A stretch of DNA of 64,000 nucleotides, taken from Bacteroidales bacterium. GTDB taxonomy: Bacteria; Bacteroidota; Bacteroidia; Bacteroidales; UBA12077. Under the pieces are notes generated by a model that was not told the DNA's origin, searched no databases, and saw nothing but the letters and a program-made list of their open reading frames with translations. This document shows, piece after piece, positions 38,392 to 47,379 of this stretch; within the stretch, counting starts at the first letter, position 1, and each line of letters begins with the position of its first letter. The translations under genes and the position numbers were made by a program. The DNA lies in the NCBI GenBank assembly GCA_028282585.1, contig JANQHR010000126.1, forward strand, positions 32,001-96,000, written 5' to 3'.

Positions 38392-40059
38392 GTGTTAGAA
38401 AATATGATTTCAAATTTATCAAAACCTACTTTAGCAATCTATGGAATTAAAGATATAAAAAATTCCGGATATCCTGTATTTGCGCATGATCATAATATCT
38501 CTTTTTTTGATAAAGGAAGAATATTAAAATATGTACAATTGGAAAGAGTTACACGAAAGAAATATGATAATTTGTTTGATAAAGAAATTCACGATTTGTT
38601 AAAATCAGAAAAACTTATTGACAAAGACTTTGATATTGTATTTGTAGATAATATTATTGGTAGAGCATTTATAAGTAGTGATGGAGAAATTCGTTTTGAA
38701 GCTCCTTTAAATAATGATTTAACTAATAGCTTGGAGAAAGGCAAATGTTGGTGGTACGGTAAAGAGAGAAATGCTTATGTTTTGAATCATGAATTAGCTC
38801 ATATTTACAGTTGTTTACCTTTTTTTGGAAATTTTAAAGAAAACAGCCTGTTGATTCATTTTGATGGTGGTGCTAGTCTAAGTAATTTTTCGACATGGAT
38901 TTATAAAAATAATTCACTAAAAAAATTCCAACATCATTGGGATTTAAAATATCTCTCATCATTATTTAATGCAAATGCGCTCGCATTTGCAATTATAGGA
39001 GCAAAAGAGTTTGACCAACATTCGGTTCCTGGTAAACTTATGGGTTTTGCTTCATACGGAGAATATTCAGTTGAACTAGAAAATTGGTTAATTGAAAACG
39101 ATTATTTCCAGAATATTTGGGGTAAAAAATCAATTTTTTTTGAAAAAACTAAAAAAGATTGGAATATCGAATTAAATAGCTTTGATCAACACAATTCATT
39201 TTTACAAAATATTGCAGCTACTTTTCAGTATATTTTTCAGAGGGATTTCATAAAAAAGATAGAAGAATTACAGGTAAAGACTTCTACTAATTATCTTTAT
39301 CTTTCGGGAGGTTCAGCATTAAACATTTTGGCCAATACTGAAATAATTAGCAAAGAAATTTTCAAGGAAGTTTATATCCCACCTTGCACAAATGATTCGG
39401 GCCTATCATTAGGAGCTGGAGCATTCATGGAGCACATGAAACATGGAAAAGTTAAAATTCATTCGCCTTATTTAAATAATTGGAACCTAAAAGAAATATT
39501 AGTTAAATACAGAAATGATGATATCTCGGAGGTTGTAAATCAGCTAATTAAGGGCAAGGTAATTGCTATATGTAATGGATTAGGAGAATCCGGACCAAGG
39601 GCTTTAGGAAATAGAAGTATTTTGGCTCTGGCAAATTCTAAAAAACTTGCTAAAAAAGTAAGCGAAGAGCACAAAAAAAGAGAATGGTACAGACCTGTAG
39701 CTCCCATAATGCTAGAAAAGAATGCAAAATATTATACAGGATTAGACGAGATACATCATTTAAGTAAGTATATGCTGCTAGATTTTAAAGTTTTAGAAAA
39801 TAAGATGAAAGAAATTGAAGGAGTTGTTCATGTAGATGGAACATCAAGAATTCAAACCATATTTATTAGAGAGGAGAATCCATATATGTTTGATTTGTTA
39901 AAAGAATTAGATCAAAAATATGAAAAAAAAGCACTAATCAATACCTCATTTAATATTAAGGGAGAACCTATCGTACATTCAATCAAAGATGCATTGAGAT
40001 CTGCCAGAAATATGAGGTTAGATGGGGTGGTTATTAATGGTAAATTACAAATGCTCTAG
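38392..40059 (+). CDS. Carbamoyltransferase (NodU/CmcH/TobZ family)
   Basis: LER.TR.K, NHELAH, GKLMG.A.YG, GPRALGNRS, KREWYRPVAP, HVDGTSRIQT, LINTSFN. Confidence 0.9.
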   Translation: MLENMISNLSKPTLAIYGIKDIKNSGYPVFAHDHNISFFDKGRILKYVQLERVTRKKYDNLFDKEIHDLLKSEKLIDKDFDIVFVDNIIGRAFISSDGEIRFEAPLNNDLTNSLEKGKCWWYGKERNAYVLNHELAHIYSCLPFFGNFKENSLLIHFDGGASLSNFSTWIYKNNSLKKFQHHWDLKYLSSLFNANALAFAIIGAKEFDQHSVPGKLMGFASYGEYSVELENWLIENDYFQNIWGKKSIFFEKTKKDWNIELNSFDQHNSFLQNIAATFQYIFQRDFIKKIEELQVKTSTNYLYLSGGSALNILANTEIISKEIFKEVYIPPCTNDSGLSLGAGAFMEHMKHGKVKIHSPYLNNWNLKEILVKYRNDDISEVVNQLIKGKVIAICNGLGESGPRALGNRSILALANSKKLAKKVSEEHKKREWYRPVAPIMLEKNAKYYTGLDEIHHLSKYMLLDFKVLENKMKEIEGVVHVDGTSRIQTIFIREENPYMFDLLKELDQKYEKKALINTSFNIKGEPIVHSIKDALRSARNMRLDGVVINGKLQML

Positions 40060-40785
40060 CTAAAAGTTAAATCCAAAATTTATGAACATTGAATTTGTTG
40101 AAGGGTTCGTTACAATTGAAGCACGAACTGGCAATTGAAATGATTTTCTAATTTTAATATTTCTAGAAGCTGTTACACCGGCATTAATAATGCCAAATTT
40201 TTCCCCATAATAACTTTCAAAAGTGTTAAGCCCTACAAAAAGGTCAAGAGAGCTTTTGTCAACTTGTGTACTATAACCAAACTCCAAATATGTTGAGTAA
40301 TAATTCTTATTTGTCTCGGGATTAATATCATCGCCATAAACCATAGTTGCAACAAGAACTTCAAAGGGAAACTGGGTTGTACCACTAAAACTTAAATTCA
40401 ATTCAATTGTGTGCTTAGTTGTATTTCTATCGTAATTGGTTATTTCATTACTAGTTTCAATGGAAGTTGGGCAGTAATAATCATAAATGGTAAATGAAAA
40501 ATTCTTGTGATTATATGTATAATAAAGATCAATCTCAGTATATTCACCATCTATGCTTTGTGCAAACCAAATTCCTGTTGTTGAATTGTTTCTGGTAATT
40601 TCAAACGAAGGTTTAAATGTAGGTACATTACTAGTAGCACTACCGCGCCAAATATGCATAGTGCTAAAATCAAGATTAATATTTGTATTTAACAATTTGT
40701 TTTCTCCATTAGCAAAAACAACCTGCACAATAAGGCTAATAAAAACCGTTAAAAAAAACTTATATAAAATGATACCTGATTTCAT
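40060..40785 (-). CDS. Exported outer-membrane protein (TorF-like putative porin)
   Basis: Signal peptide, HIWRG, EIDLY, C-terminal FGFNF; TACATTTG box at 40807-40814 supports the ATG at 40785. Confidence 0.6.
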   Translation of the reverse strand: MKSGIILYKFFLTVFISLIVQVVFANGENKLLNTNINLDFSTMHIWRGSATSNVPTFKPSFEITRNNSTTGIWFAQSIDGEYTEIDLYYTYNHKNFSFTIYDYYCPTSIETSNEITNYDRNTTKHTIELNLSFSGTTQFPFEVLVATMVYGDDINPETNKNYYSTYLEFGYSTQVDKSSLDLFVGLNTFESYYGEKFGIINAGVTASRNIKIRKSFQLPVRASIVTNPSTNSMFINFGFNF

Positions 40786-40853
40786 AAACCCCTTATTTTG
40801 AAGCCGCAAATGTATATAAAATCAGGTATATTTTAATGCTTTATTGTTAAATT

Positions 40854-41906
40854 TTAATAAAATTTAAATTTCGATATAACAGCTTGATGATCAGAATATT
40901 TGAAGTCTTGATCTTTCACTTTTACATCAATTGGGAATATGTTTGGTGACATCAAATAAAAATCTATAATAGGGGTAATTGTTTTTCCTTTTTCATAAGG
41001 AGTATTTAAATACCTATTTGTAGGAGTGTTTTTATCATATACCCATGTCCAATCTTTAGGTAAATAATCAGATTTTATTGGATTTAAAACAAAGCGTTTG
41101 GATGGAGAATTTTCTTTAATACCAGAATAATTTACTTCAGGAGGATTTTGATTCCAATCACCTCCTACAATAATATAATTTCCTTTATTATACTCTTCAG
41201 TTAAGAACGTTTTGAGGTGCTCCATTTGTTGTTTTTTTAACGAACCATCATCATATGCTGAGTTATGCGTATTTATAATAATTAATTCCTTTTTATTACT
41301 TGTTGGAAACCGTTTTACTAAAAAACACCGGTCAAGCATAAATAATTTAATAGGCCATGAATAATTTCCCGGGAATGAATATCTGATGACAGTTTTAGGA
41401 TTGTATTTAGAATAACTTACTAATCCTGATTTTACTCTACCTAACGGATTTGTTACTGGAGACGGAACGAATGTTACATCATAGTTTTTTCCTAAAAAGC
41501 TCTTAAAATTAGGCAAAATCAAATTGAAACTATCGAGCTGGTTTAGATAATAGCTTCTTTTTGATTTAATATCAACTTCTTGCAAAAGTAAGAAATCTAG
41601 CGTGTCATTACTTTGTAATTCCGTTTTCACAAACTCGAAATTCTCATAAACATTCTTTTTTGATGTTCTTACCTGTTCTCCTCCATCATAAAAGAAATCC
41701 ATATCATCACTTAATCCACAATAACCAATATTCCAGATCATTATGCTAAGTTTACTGTTAACATCTATGGTATCCGGATTTTCTGATTTATATACAATTT
41801 CTGTAGGTGCGGGTTTATAATCTGAAAGTGTAGCATACAATACAAACAAAACAAAAAGAGTAATTACAACACTAATTATTTTTAGAATAAACTTTATGAT
41901 TTTCAT
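40854..41906 (-). CDS. Endonuclease/exonuclease/phosphatase family protein
   Basis: WNIGY, LQEVD, NTH, GGDWN, IDF, SDH. Confidence 0.88.
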   Translation of the reverse strand: MKIIKFILKIISVVITLFVLFVLYATLSDYKPAPTEIVYKSENPDTIDVNSKLSIMIWNIGYCGLSDDMDFFYDGGEQVRTSKKNVYENFEFVKTELQSNDTLDFLLLQEVDIKSKRSYYLNQLDSFNLILPNFKSFLGKNYDVTFVPSPVTNPLGRVKSGLVSYSKYNPKTVIRYSFPGNYSWPIKLFMLDRCFLVKRFPTSNKKELIIINTHNSAYDDGSLKKQQMEHLKTFLTEEYNKGNYIIVGGDWNQNPPEVNYSGIKENSPSKRFVLNPIKSDYLPKDWTWVYDKNTPTNRYLNTPYEKGKTITPIIDFYLMSPNIFPIDVKVKDQDFKYSDHQAVISKFKFY

Positions 41907-42141
41907 AATAAATTATTTTGGTAGATGACTAAAATAAAAATTTTATTTAGTAAGCATTTAACCTGATGTATTAATAAATATTAAAATTTTCAATATTTAT
42001 GAATTAGTTAGGTTAAAGTAGAATTTAATTATTTGTTCAGGATATGAAATAATTATATCTTTGAGAAGAAATTAAATTATCTGAACTGGTTTAATTTCCT
42101 GTATTTCAATTAATTTATCGTTTTATTCAAAAACCATTCAA

Positions 42142-42837
42142 ATGAAATTTGGAGTAGTTATTTTCCCAGGCTCAAATTGTGATCAGGACATGATTTATGT
42201 ACTTCGTAATATTATGCAACAAGAAGTAGTGGAGCTTTGGCACAAAGATACTGATTTACAAGGTGTAGAGGCAATTGTTTTACCGGGAGGTTTTTCTTAT
42301 GGAGATTATTTACGTTCCGGCGCTATCGCACGTTACTCTCCAATTATGGAAAAAGTGATTGAGTTTGCAAACGATGGTGGTTTTGTGTTCGGAGTATGTA
42401 ATGGATTCCAAATTCTTTGCGAATCTGGTTTATTGCCTGGAGCACTTTTACATAATGATAATCAAAAGTTCATTTGCAAGAATATTTACATAGTGCCTGA
42501 TAATGACACAAACACTATTACCGCAGTACTCGATAATCAAAAGCCTTTAAAGATTCCGATAGCACATGGCGAAGGAAGGTATTTTGCAAAAAAAGAGACC
42601 TTACAGGAAATGCGCCAAAACGGTCAAATTTTATTTAGATATTGTGATGAACATGGGGACATTTCATCAGAATCAAACCCAAATGGTTCTATTGAAAATA
42701 TAGCGGGCGTTTGTAACGCGACAAAGAATGTGTTTGGAATGATGCCACATCCCGAAAGAGCGGCCGACGATGAATTAGGAAATACAGATGGAAGATTGAT
42801 TTTCGAATCAATGATTTCAATTTTAGCTAGTAAGTAA
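42142..42837 (+). CDS. purQ: Phosphoribosylformylglycinamidine synthase glutaminase subunit
   Basis: FPGSNCD, PGGFSYGDYLRSG, GVCNGFQIL, AHGEG, MMPHPER; TATCTTTG box at 42056-42063. Confidence 0.97.
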   Translation: MKFGVVIFPGSNCDQDMIYVLRNIMQQEVVELWHKDTDLQGVEAIVLPGGFSYGDYLRSGAIARYSPIMEKVIEFANDGGFVFGVCNGFQILCESGLLPGALLHNDNQKFICKNIYIVPDNDTNTITAVLDNQKPLKIPIAHGEGRYFAKKETLQEMRQNGQILFRYCDEHGDISSESNPNGSIENIAGVCNATKNVFGMMPHPERAADDELGNTDGRLIFESMISILASK

Positions 42838-42859
42838 GATTTAATAATAAAAATAGATG

Positions 42860-42889
42860 AGGCCCGGGAGTTATATTCTCGGGCTTTTT
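42860..42889 (+). terminator. Intrinsic terminator after purQ
   Basis: gcccgggag...tctcgggc followed by T-run. Confidence 0.75.
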
Positions 42890-42972
42890 GTTTAATATTC
42901 AAAAACAAATTGTAAATTGATTTGTTGGGTAATAAATTCTTATATTTAACACTAATTTAAAACTGCATAATT

Positions 42973-43590
42973 ATGGATTTGAAACAAGCTGTCGAGAAAA
43001 GAGCTAGCATTCGCAATTTTACCGAAGAAAAAGTACCCGTTAAAGATTTAAAAGAAATGGTTAGAAGGGCAGGTTTGGCACCAAGCGTTAACAATAGCCA
43101 ACCATGGAAATTCTATGTTGTAACTAACAAAGATGTTCTTACTAAAATGGCCATTAGGGTTAGTGAGAAGATTAAAGAGTTGCCTGCCAACAAATCTATA
43201 GCTTCAAAAAATGTTAAATCTCAGGTTGAATGGTTTGCTACTTTTTTTGAAAACGCCCCAGCGGTTATAGTAATGACAATGGAAGATTATGAATCAGTAT
43301 TGGAGAAGGGAGTTAATTTAAGCCATGATGAAATCAATAAATTACGAAACTTTCCTGATATGCAAAGTGCTGGTGCTGCAATTCAAAATATTTTATTATC
43401 TGCAGTTGATTTGGGTTACGGAGCTTGCTGGTTAAGCGCGCCTATGATGGCAAAAGAATCTTTGGAAAAGATTTTAGATATTGAAAGTCCGTATCATTTA
43501 ATAGCATTTGTTGCCGTAGGGAAAGCATCAAGAGATTTACAACCGAGATCCAAAAAGCCTTTAGATGAAATATTTAAATTAATTGAATAA
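42973..43590 (+). CDS. Nitroreductase family protein
   Basis: RASIRNF, APSVNNSQPWKF, QNILLSA..LGYGACW. Confidence 0.9.
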   Translation: MDLKQAVEKRASIRNFTEEKVPVKDLKEMVRRAGLAPSVNNSQPWKFYVVTNKDVLTKMAIRVSEKIKELPANKSIASKNVKSQVEWFATFFENAPAVIVMTMEDYESVLEKGVNLSHDEINKLRNFPDMQSAGAAIQNILLSAVDLGYGACWLSAPMMAKESLEKILDIESPYHLIAFVAVGKASRDLQPRSKKPLDEIFKLIE

Positions 43591-43591
43591 T

Positions 43592-43939
43592 ATGGTTTAT
43601 AAAATTTACCACAACACCAGATGTAAAAAAAGTCGGGGGGGCTTGCTATATTTAGAAGAAAAAGGAATTCAACCAGAAATTTCAGAATATTTAAAAGATA
43701 AGCCTTTTACTGAAGAAACGCTGGCAAATCTTATTATTAAACTTAGAATTACACCACAAGATTTAATTAGAACACAGGAAACTGATTATAAACAAAACTA
43801 CAAGGGTAAAGAGTTTTCCGATAAAGAATGGATAAAAATTATGGTCGATAATCCAAAACTTATCCGCCGCCCAATCATTGAAAAAGGGGATAAAGCAGTA
43901 CTTGGAGATATTGTAGAACATATTGATGCCTTGCTTTAA
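43592..43939 (+). CDS. ArsC/Spx/MgsR family protein
   Basis: IYHNTRCKKSR, PKLIRRPI. Confidence 0.88.
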   Translation: MVYKIYHNTRCKKSRGGLLYLEEKGIQPEISEYLKDKPFTEETLANLIIKLRITPQDLIRTQETDYKQNYKGKEFSDKEWIKIMVDNPKLIRRPIIEKGDKAVLGDIVEHIDALL

Positions 43940-44014
43940 TTTTTGTATCTTTTGAAATCCATTTTTCAGGTAATTTTAATTACCTGATATTTTATTAATC
44001 TAAATTACAAACCA

Positions 44015-44052
44015 GCCTGTCACCTGCCTGACAGCAATCAGGGCAGACAGGC
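44015..44052. repeat. REP-like GC-rich hairpin upstream of the class I fumarase
   Basis: gcctgt..ctgcctga-cagcaa-tcagggcag-acaggc. Confidence 0.6.
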
Positions 44053-44067
44053 CTAAACTAAACAATT

Positions 44068-45684
44068 ATGCCTACTCCCGAATTTAATTATCAGGAACCT
44101 TTTCCAATTGGAAAAGATGAAACCGAATATTATTTACTTACAAAAGATCATGTATCTGTTGCTGAGTTTGAAGGCGAAAAAATACTAAAAGTTGAACCCG
44201 AAGGATTAACAAAATTAGCGAATGCTGCACTTCGTGATACTTCATTCATGTTACGAAAAAACCATTTAGAGCAAGTGGCTGGAATTTTGCATGACCCTGA
44301 GGCAAGTGAAAATGATAAATTCGTAGCATTAACCATGCTTCGTAATGCTGAAGTATCTGTAAAAGGTAAATTACCTTTTTGCCAGGATACAGGAACAGCC
44401 ACAATTGTTGCAAAAAAAGGACAAAAGGTGTGGACCGGAGGTAAGGATGAAGAGGCTTTATCATTAGGAGTTTACAAAACTTATACTGAAGAATATTTAC
44501 GTTATTCTCAAACTATCCCTTTGGATATGTATAAGGAAAAAAATTCTGGAACCAACCTGCCCGCTCAAATTGATATTCATGCGACAAACGACGATGAGTA
44601 TAAATTCCTTTTCATGGCAAAAGGAGGCGGCTCAGCAAATAAGACAGCTTTATATCAACAAACAAAAGCGTTATTAAATCCAGAGAAATTAGAAAGTTTC
44701 TTAGTTGAGAAACTTAAATCTTTAGGTACTGCGGCATGCCCTCCGTATCATGTTGCTTTTGTGGTTGGAGGAACTTCGGCTGAGGTTACTTTAAAAACAG
44801 TAAAATTAGCATCCGCCAAATACCTGGATAATTTACCAACTGTAGGAAATGAAGCTGGACAGGCATTTCGAGATATTGAATTGGAAAAGAAAGTTCTGGA
44901 TGCTTCCTATAAAGCTGGAATTGGTGCACAGTTTGGAGGAAAGTATTTAGCATTAGATATTAGAATAGTACGATTACCGAGACATGGAGCATCTTGCCCT
45001 GTAGGTATGGGAGTATCTTGTTCGGCAGACAGAAATATTAAAGCAAAAATCAATAAAGATGGTATCTGGGTAGAAAAAATGGAAGATAATCCAGGAAGAT
45101 TAATTCCGGAGGAATTACGTAAACCAGACGAAAAAGGTGCAATTGTTATTGATCTTAATAAACCTATGAAGGAAATTTTAGCAGAGTTAACCAAGCATCC
45201 GGTTGGTCAGAGATTATCACTGAATGGAACCATTATAGTTGGTCGTGATATTGCACATGCTAAGTTAAAAGAAAGAATCGAAAGTGGTGAAGGATTACCG
45301 CAATATATAAAAGACCATCCGATTTATTATGCAGGTCCGGCTAAAACTCCGGAAGGAATGCCATCAGGCTCCTTTGGGCCTACAACTGCGGGGCGTATGG
45401 ACCCATATGTTGATTTATTCCAAAGCCATGGTGGAAGTATGATCATGATTGCGAAAGGTAACCGAAGCCAGGTTGTTACGGATGCTTGTAACAAGCACGG
45501 TGGATTTTATTTAGGAAGTATTGGAGGGCCGGCCGCAATTCTGGCACAGGAAAATATTACAAAGGTTGAGTTGCTTGAATATCCGGAATTAGGAATGGAA
45601 GCAATATACAAAATAGAAGTGAAAGATTTTCCAGCGTTTATCTTGGTTGATGACAAAGGAAACGATTTTTATAGTATGCCATAG
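44068..45684 (+). CDS. fumA: Fumarate hydratase class I (Fe-S)
   Basis: [42 protein letters not shown]. Confidence 0.95.
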   Translation: MPTPEFNYQEPFPIGKDETEYYLLTKDHVSVAEFEGEKILKVEPEGLTKLANAALRDTSFMLRKNHLEQVAGILHDPEASENDKFVALTMLRNAEVSVKGKLPFCQDTGTATIVAKKGQKVWTGGKDEEALSLGVYKTYTEEYLRYSQTIPLDMYKEKNSGTNLPAQIDIHATNDDEYKFLFMAKGGGSANKTALYQQTKALLNPEKLESFLVEKLKSLGTAACPPYHVAFVVGGTSAEVTLKTVKLASAKYLDNLPTVGNEAGQAFRDIELEKKVLDASYKAGIGAQFGGKYLALDIRIVRLPRHGASCPVGMGVSCSADRNIKAKINKDGIWVEKMEDNPGRLIPEELRKPDEKGAIVIDLNKPMKEILAELTKHPVGQRLSLNGTIIVGRDIAHAKLKERIESGEGLPQYIKDHPIYYAGPAKTPEGMPSGSFGPTTAGRMDPYVDLFQSHGGSMIMIAKGNRSQVVTDACNKHGGFYLGSIGGPAAILAQENITKVELLEYPELGMEAIYKIEVKDFPAFILVDDKGNDFYSMP

Positions 45685-45709
45685 CTGTTAAATAAAGTAA
45701 ATAATTAGT

Positions 45710-45740
45710 TAGCCTTCTGAATATTTCAGGAGGCTATTTT
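45710..45740 (+). terminator. Intrinsic terminator after fumA
   Basis: tagccttctgaa-tat-ttcaggaggcta followed by T-run. Confidence 0.7.
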
Positions 45741-45775
45741 ATTTAATTATGTACTTTTGTTAAGATTTTTAATTA

Positions 45776-46309
45776 ATGGGAATTCAAGATATCATATCAA
45801 AAGCATTCAAAGAACATTATGCATCTTTAATTCTTTATGCACTGAAGTGGGTAAAGGATGAAGATATAGCCAAAGATATGATTCAAACTGTTTTTATAAA
45901 TCTTTTAGAAAGGTCAGATAATAGCATAATTAAGGATTATCGCGCATATTTATTTCAATCTGTAAGAAACCAGTGTATTAATAATCTAAAAAAAAACTCT
46001 GGTAAAACTGATCAATTAGAAAAACCAGGGATTAAAGAATATGGATATTTTAATGATCCTATTGAAGAGGCAGAATTTGAATCTTATGTTTTTAATTTAA
46101 TTGATAAACTACCACCTGCAACACAAAATATTTTTAAGCTAAACAGATTTGAAGGGTTGTCGAACCAAGAGATTGCCGATAAACTTAATATTTCAAAACG
46201 CACTGTAGAACTTCAAATAAGTAATGCATTAAAATTCCTTAGAGAAAAACTATTTGATCAGGATAATCAAGAATCAATGTATTCTCAATTTTTATTTTTG
46301 TTATTTTAA
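45776..46309 (+). CDS. ECF RNA polymerase sigma factor
   Basis: AKDMIQ.VF, YLFQSVRN, LP....IF.L.R.EGLS..EIA..L.IS..TV. Confidence 0.9.
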   Translation: MGIQDIISKAFKEHYASLILYALKWVKDEDIAKDMIQTVFINLLERSDNSIIKDYRAYLFQSVRNQCINNLKKNSGKTDQLEKPGIKEYGYFNDPIEEAEFESYVFNLIDKLPPATQNIFKLNRFEGLSNQEIADKLNISKRTVELQISNALKFLREKLFDQDNQESMYSQFLFLLF

Positions 46310-46416
46310 TCTGATAATCAAAAATTTAAAGAAGTTCTATTAGATTTTGTATAATTTTTTTCAAAATCTAATATGTGTGAGTAGCTGATTTTTTGTCTTA
46401 TAAAAAAGGCAACATT

Positions 46417-47379
46417 ATGGATAATCTTTATTTATTAATTAAATATTATCAGAAAAGAGTTAATGCAGATGAAAAATTATTAATTGAAAACTGGCTTTCC
46501 GAATCAGATTCGAATAAGAAAAAATATGAGCAGTATATAGAAGTTTGGAATGCATCAAATAAAGTGAAGTTCTTAAAGAACATTAATTATGAGTCCGAAT
46601 GGGAATATATAATAAACAAAGCTAAAGTTAAACGGATTTCATTAAAGAAAACGTATGGATTTTGGTTACGAATTGCTGCTGTAATTGCGTTTATGCTTGG
46701 ATCATACTGGATTTTGCAGGATAAACTATTTGAACAGAAATATTTGATGGTTCAAAACGATTCAAAAGATGAATTAAAATTAGTTACCCTTGAAGATGGA
46801 ACGAAAGTTACGCTAAACTATCAGGCAAACTTCTATTACCCAAAACATTTCAAGAAAAAAAACAGGAAAGTTAAATTAGAAGGTAATGCTTTTTTCAGTG
46901 TAGCTAAAAATAAAGAAAAGCCTTTTTCTATCGAAACCGAAATGACGTTAATCGAAGTTCTCGGAACTTCGTTCGATGTTCAGGCAGATCAAAAGAAAAC
47001 CATAGTAACCGTTGCAACTGGAAAGGTTAGAGTCTTTAATAAATCAGATAAAAATATTTTTGTTGAATTAATACCAAATGAACAGGCCATTCAAGAAGGA
47101 GATGAAATTCAAAAAAACTTGATATATGGAGAAAACTATTTTGGTTCGAAAACAGGAAGTTTTAGGTTTAAAGATCATTCATTAATTGAGGTGATGAATA
47201 TTCTGGAAAGACGTTTCCATTTTAATTATCATTTTGAAAATGAAGATTTAAAATTGCGGGAGTTGACAGCTGATTTTAATGGTGAAACCCTTGATGATAT
47301 TATTGAGATTATTCAATTAAGTTGCCAGGTAAGAATTAATCTTAAGTCAAATCAGTTAATTATTAGTGAAAATGAGTAG
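46417..47379 (+). CDS. FecR-family anti-sigma factor
   Basis: Single TM, LEDGTKVTLN, LEGNAFFSVAK, VLGTSF. Confidence 0.9.
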   Translation: MDNLYLLIKYYQKRVNADEKLLIENWLSESDSNKKKYEQYIEVWNASNKVKFLKNINYESEWEYIINKAKVKRISLKKTYGFWLRIAAVIAFMLGSYWILQDKLFEQKYLMVQNDSKDELKLVTLEDGTKVTLNYQANFYYPKHFKKKNRKVKLEGNAFFSVAKNKEKPFSIETEMTLIEVLGTSFDVQADQKKTIVTVATGKVRVFNKSDKNIFVELIPNEQAIQEGDEIQKNLIYGENYFGSKTGSFRFKDHSLIEVMNILERRFHFNYHFENEDLKLRELTADFNGETLDDIIEIIQLSCQVRINLKSNQLIISENE

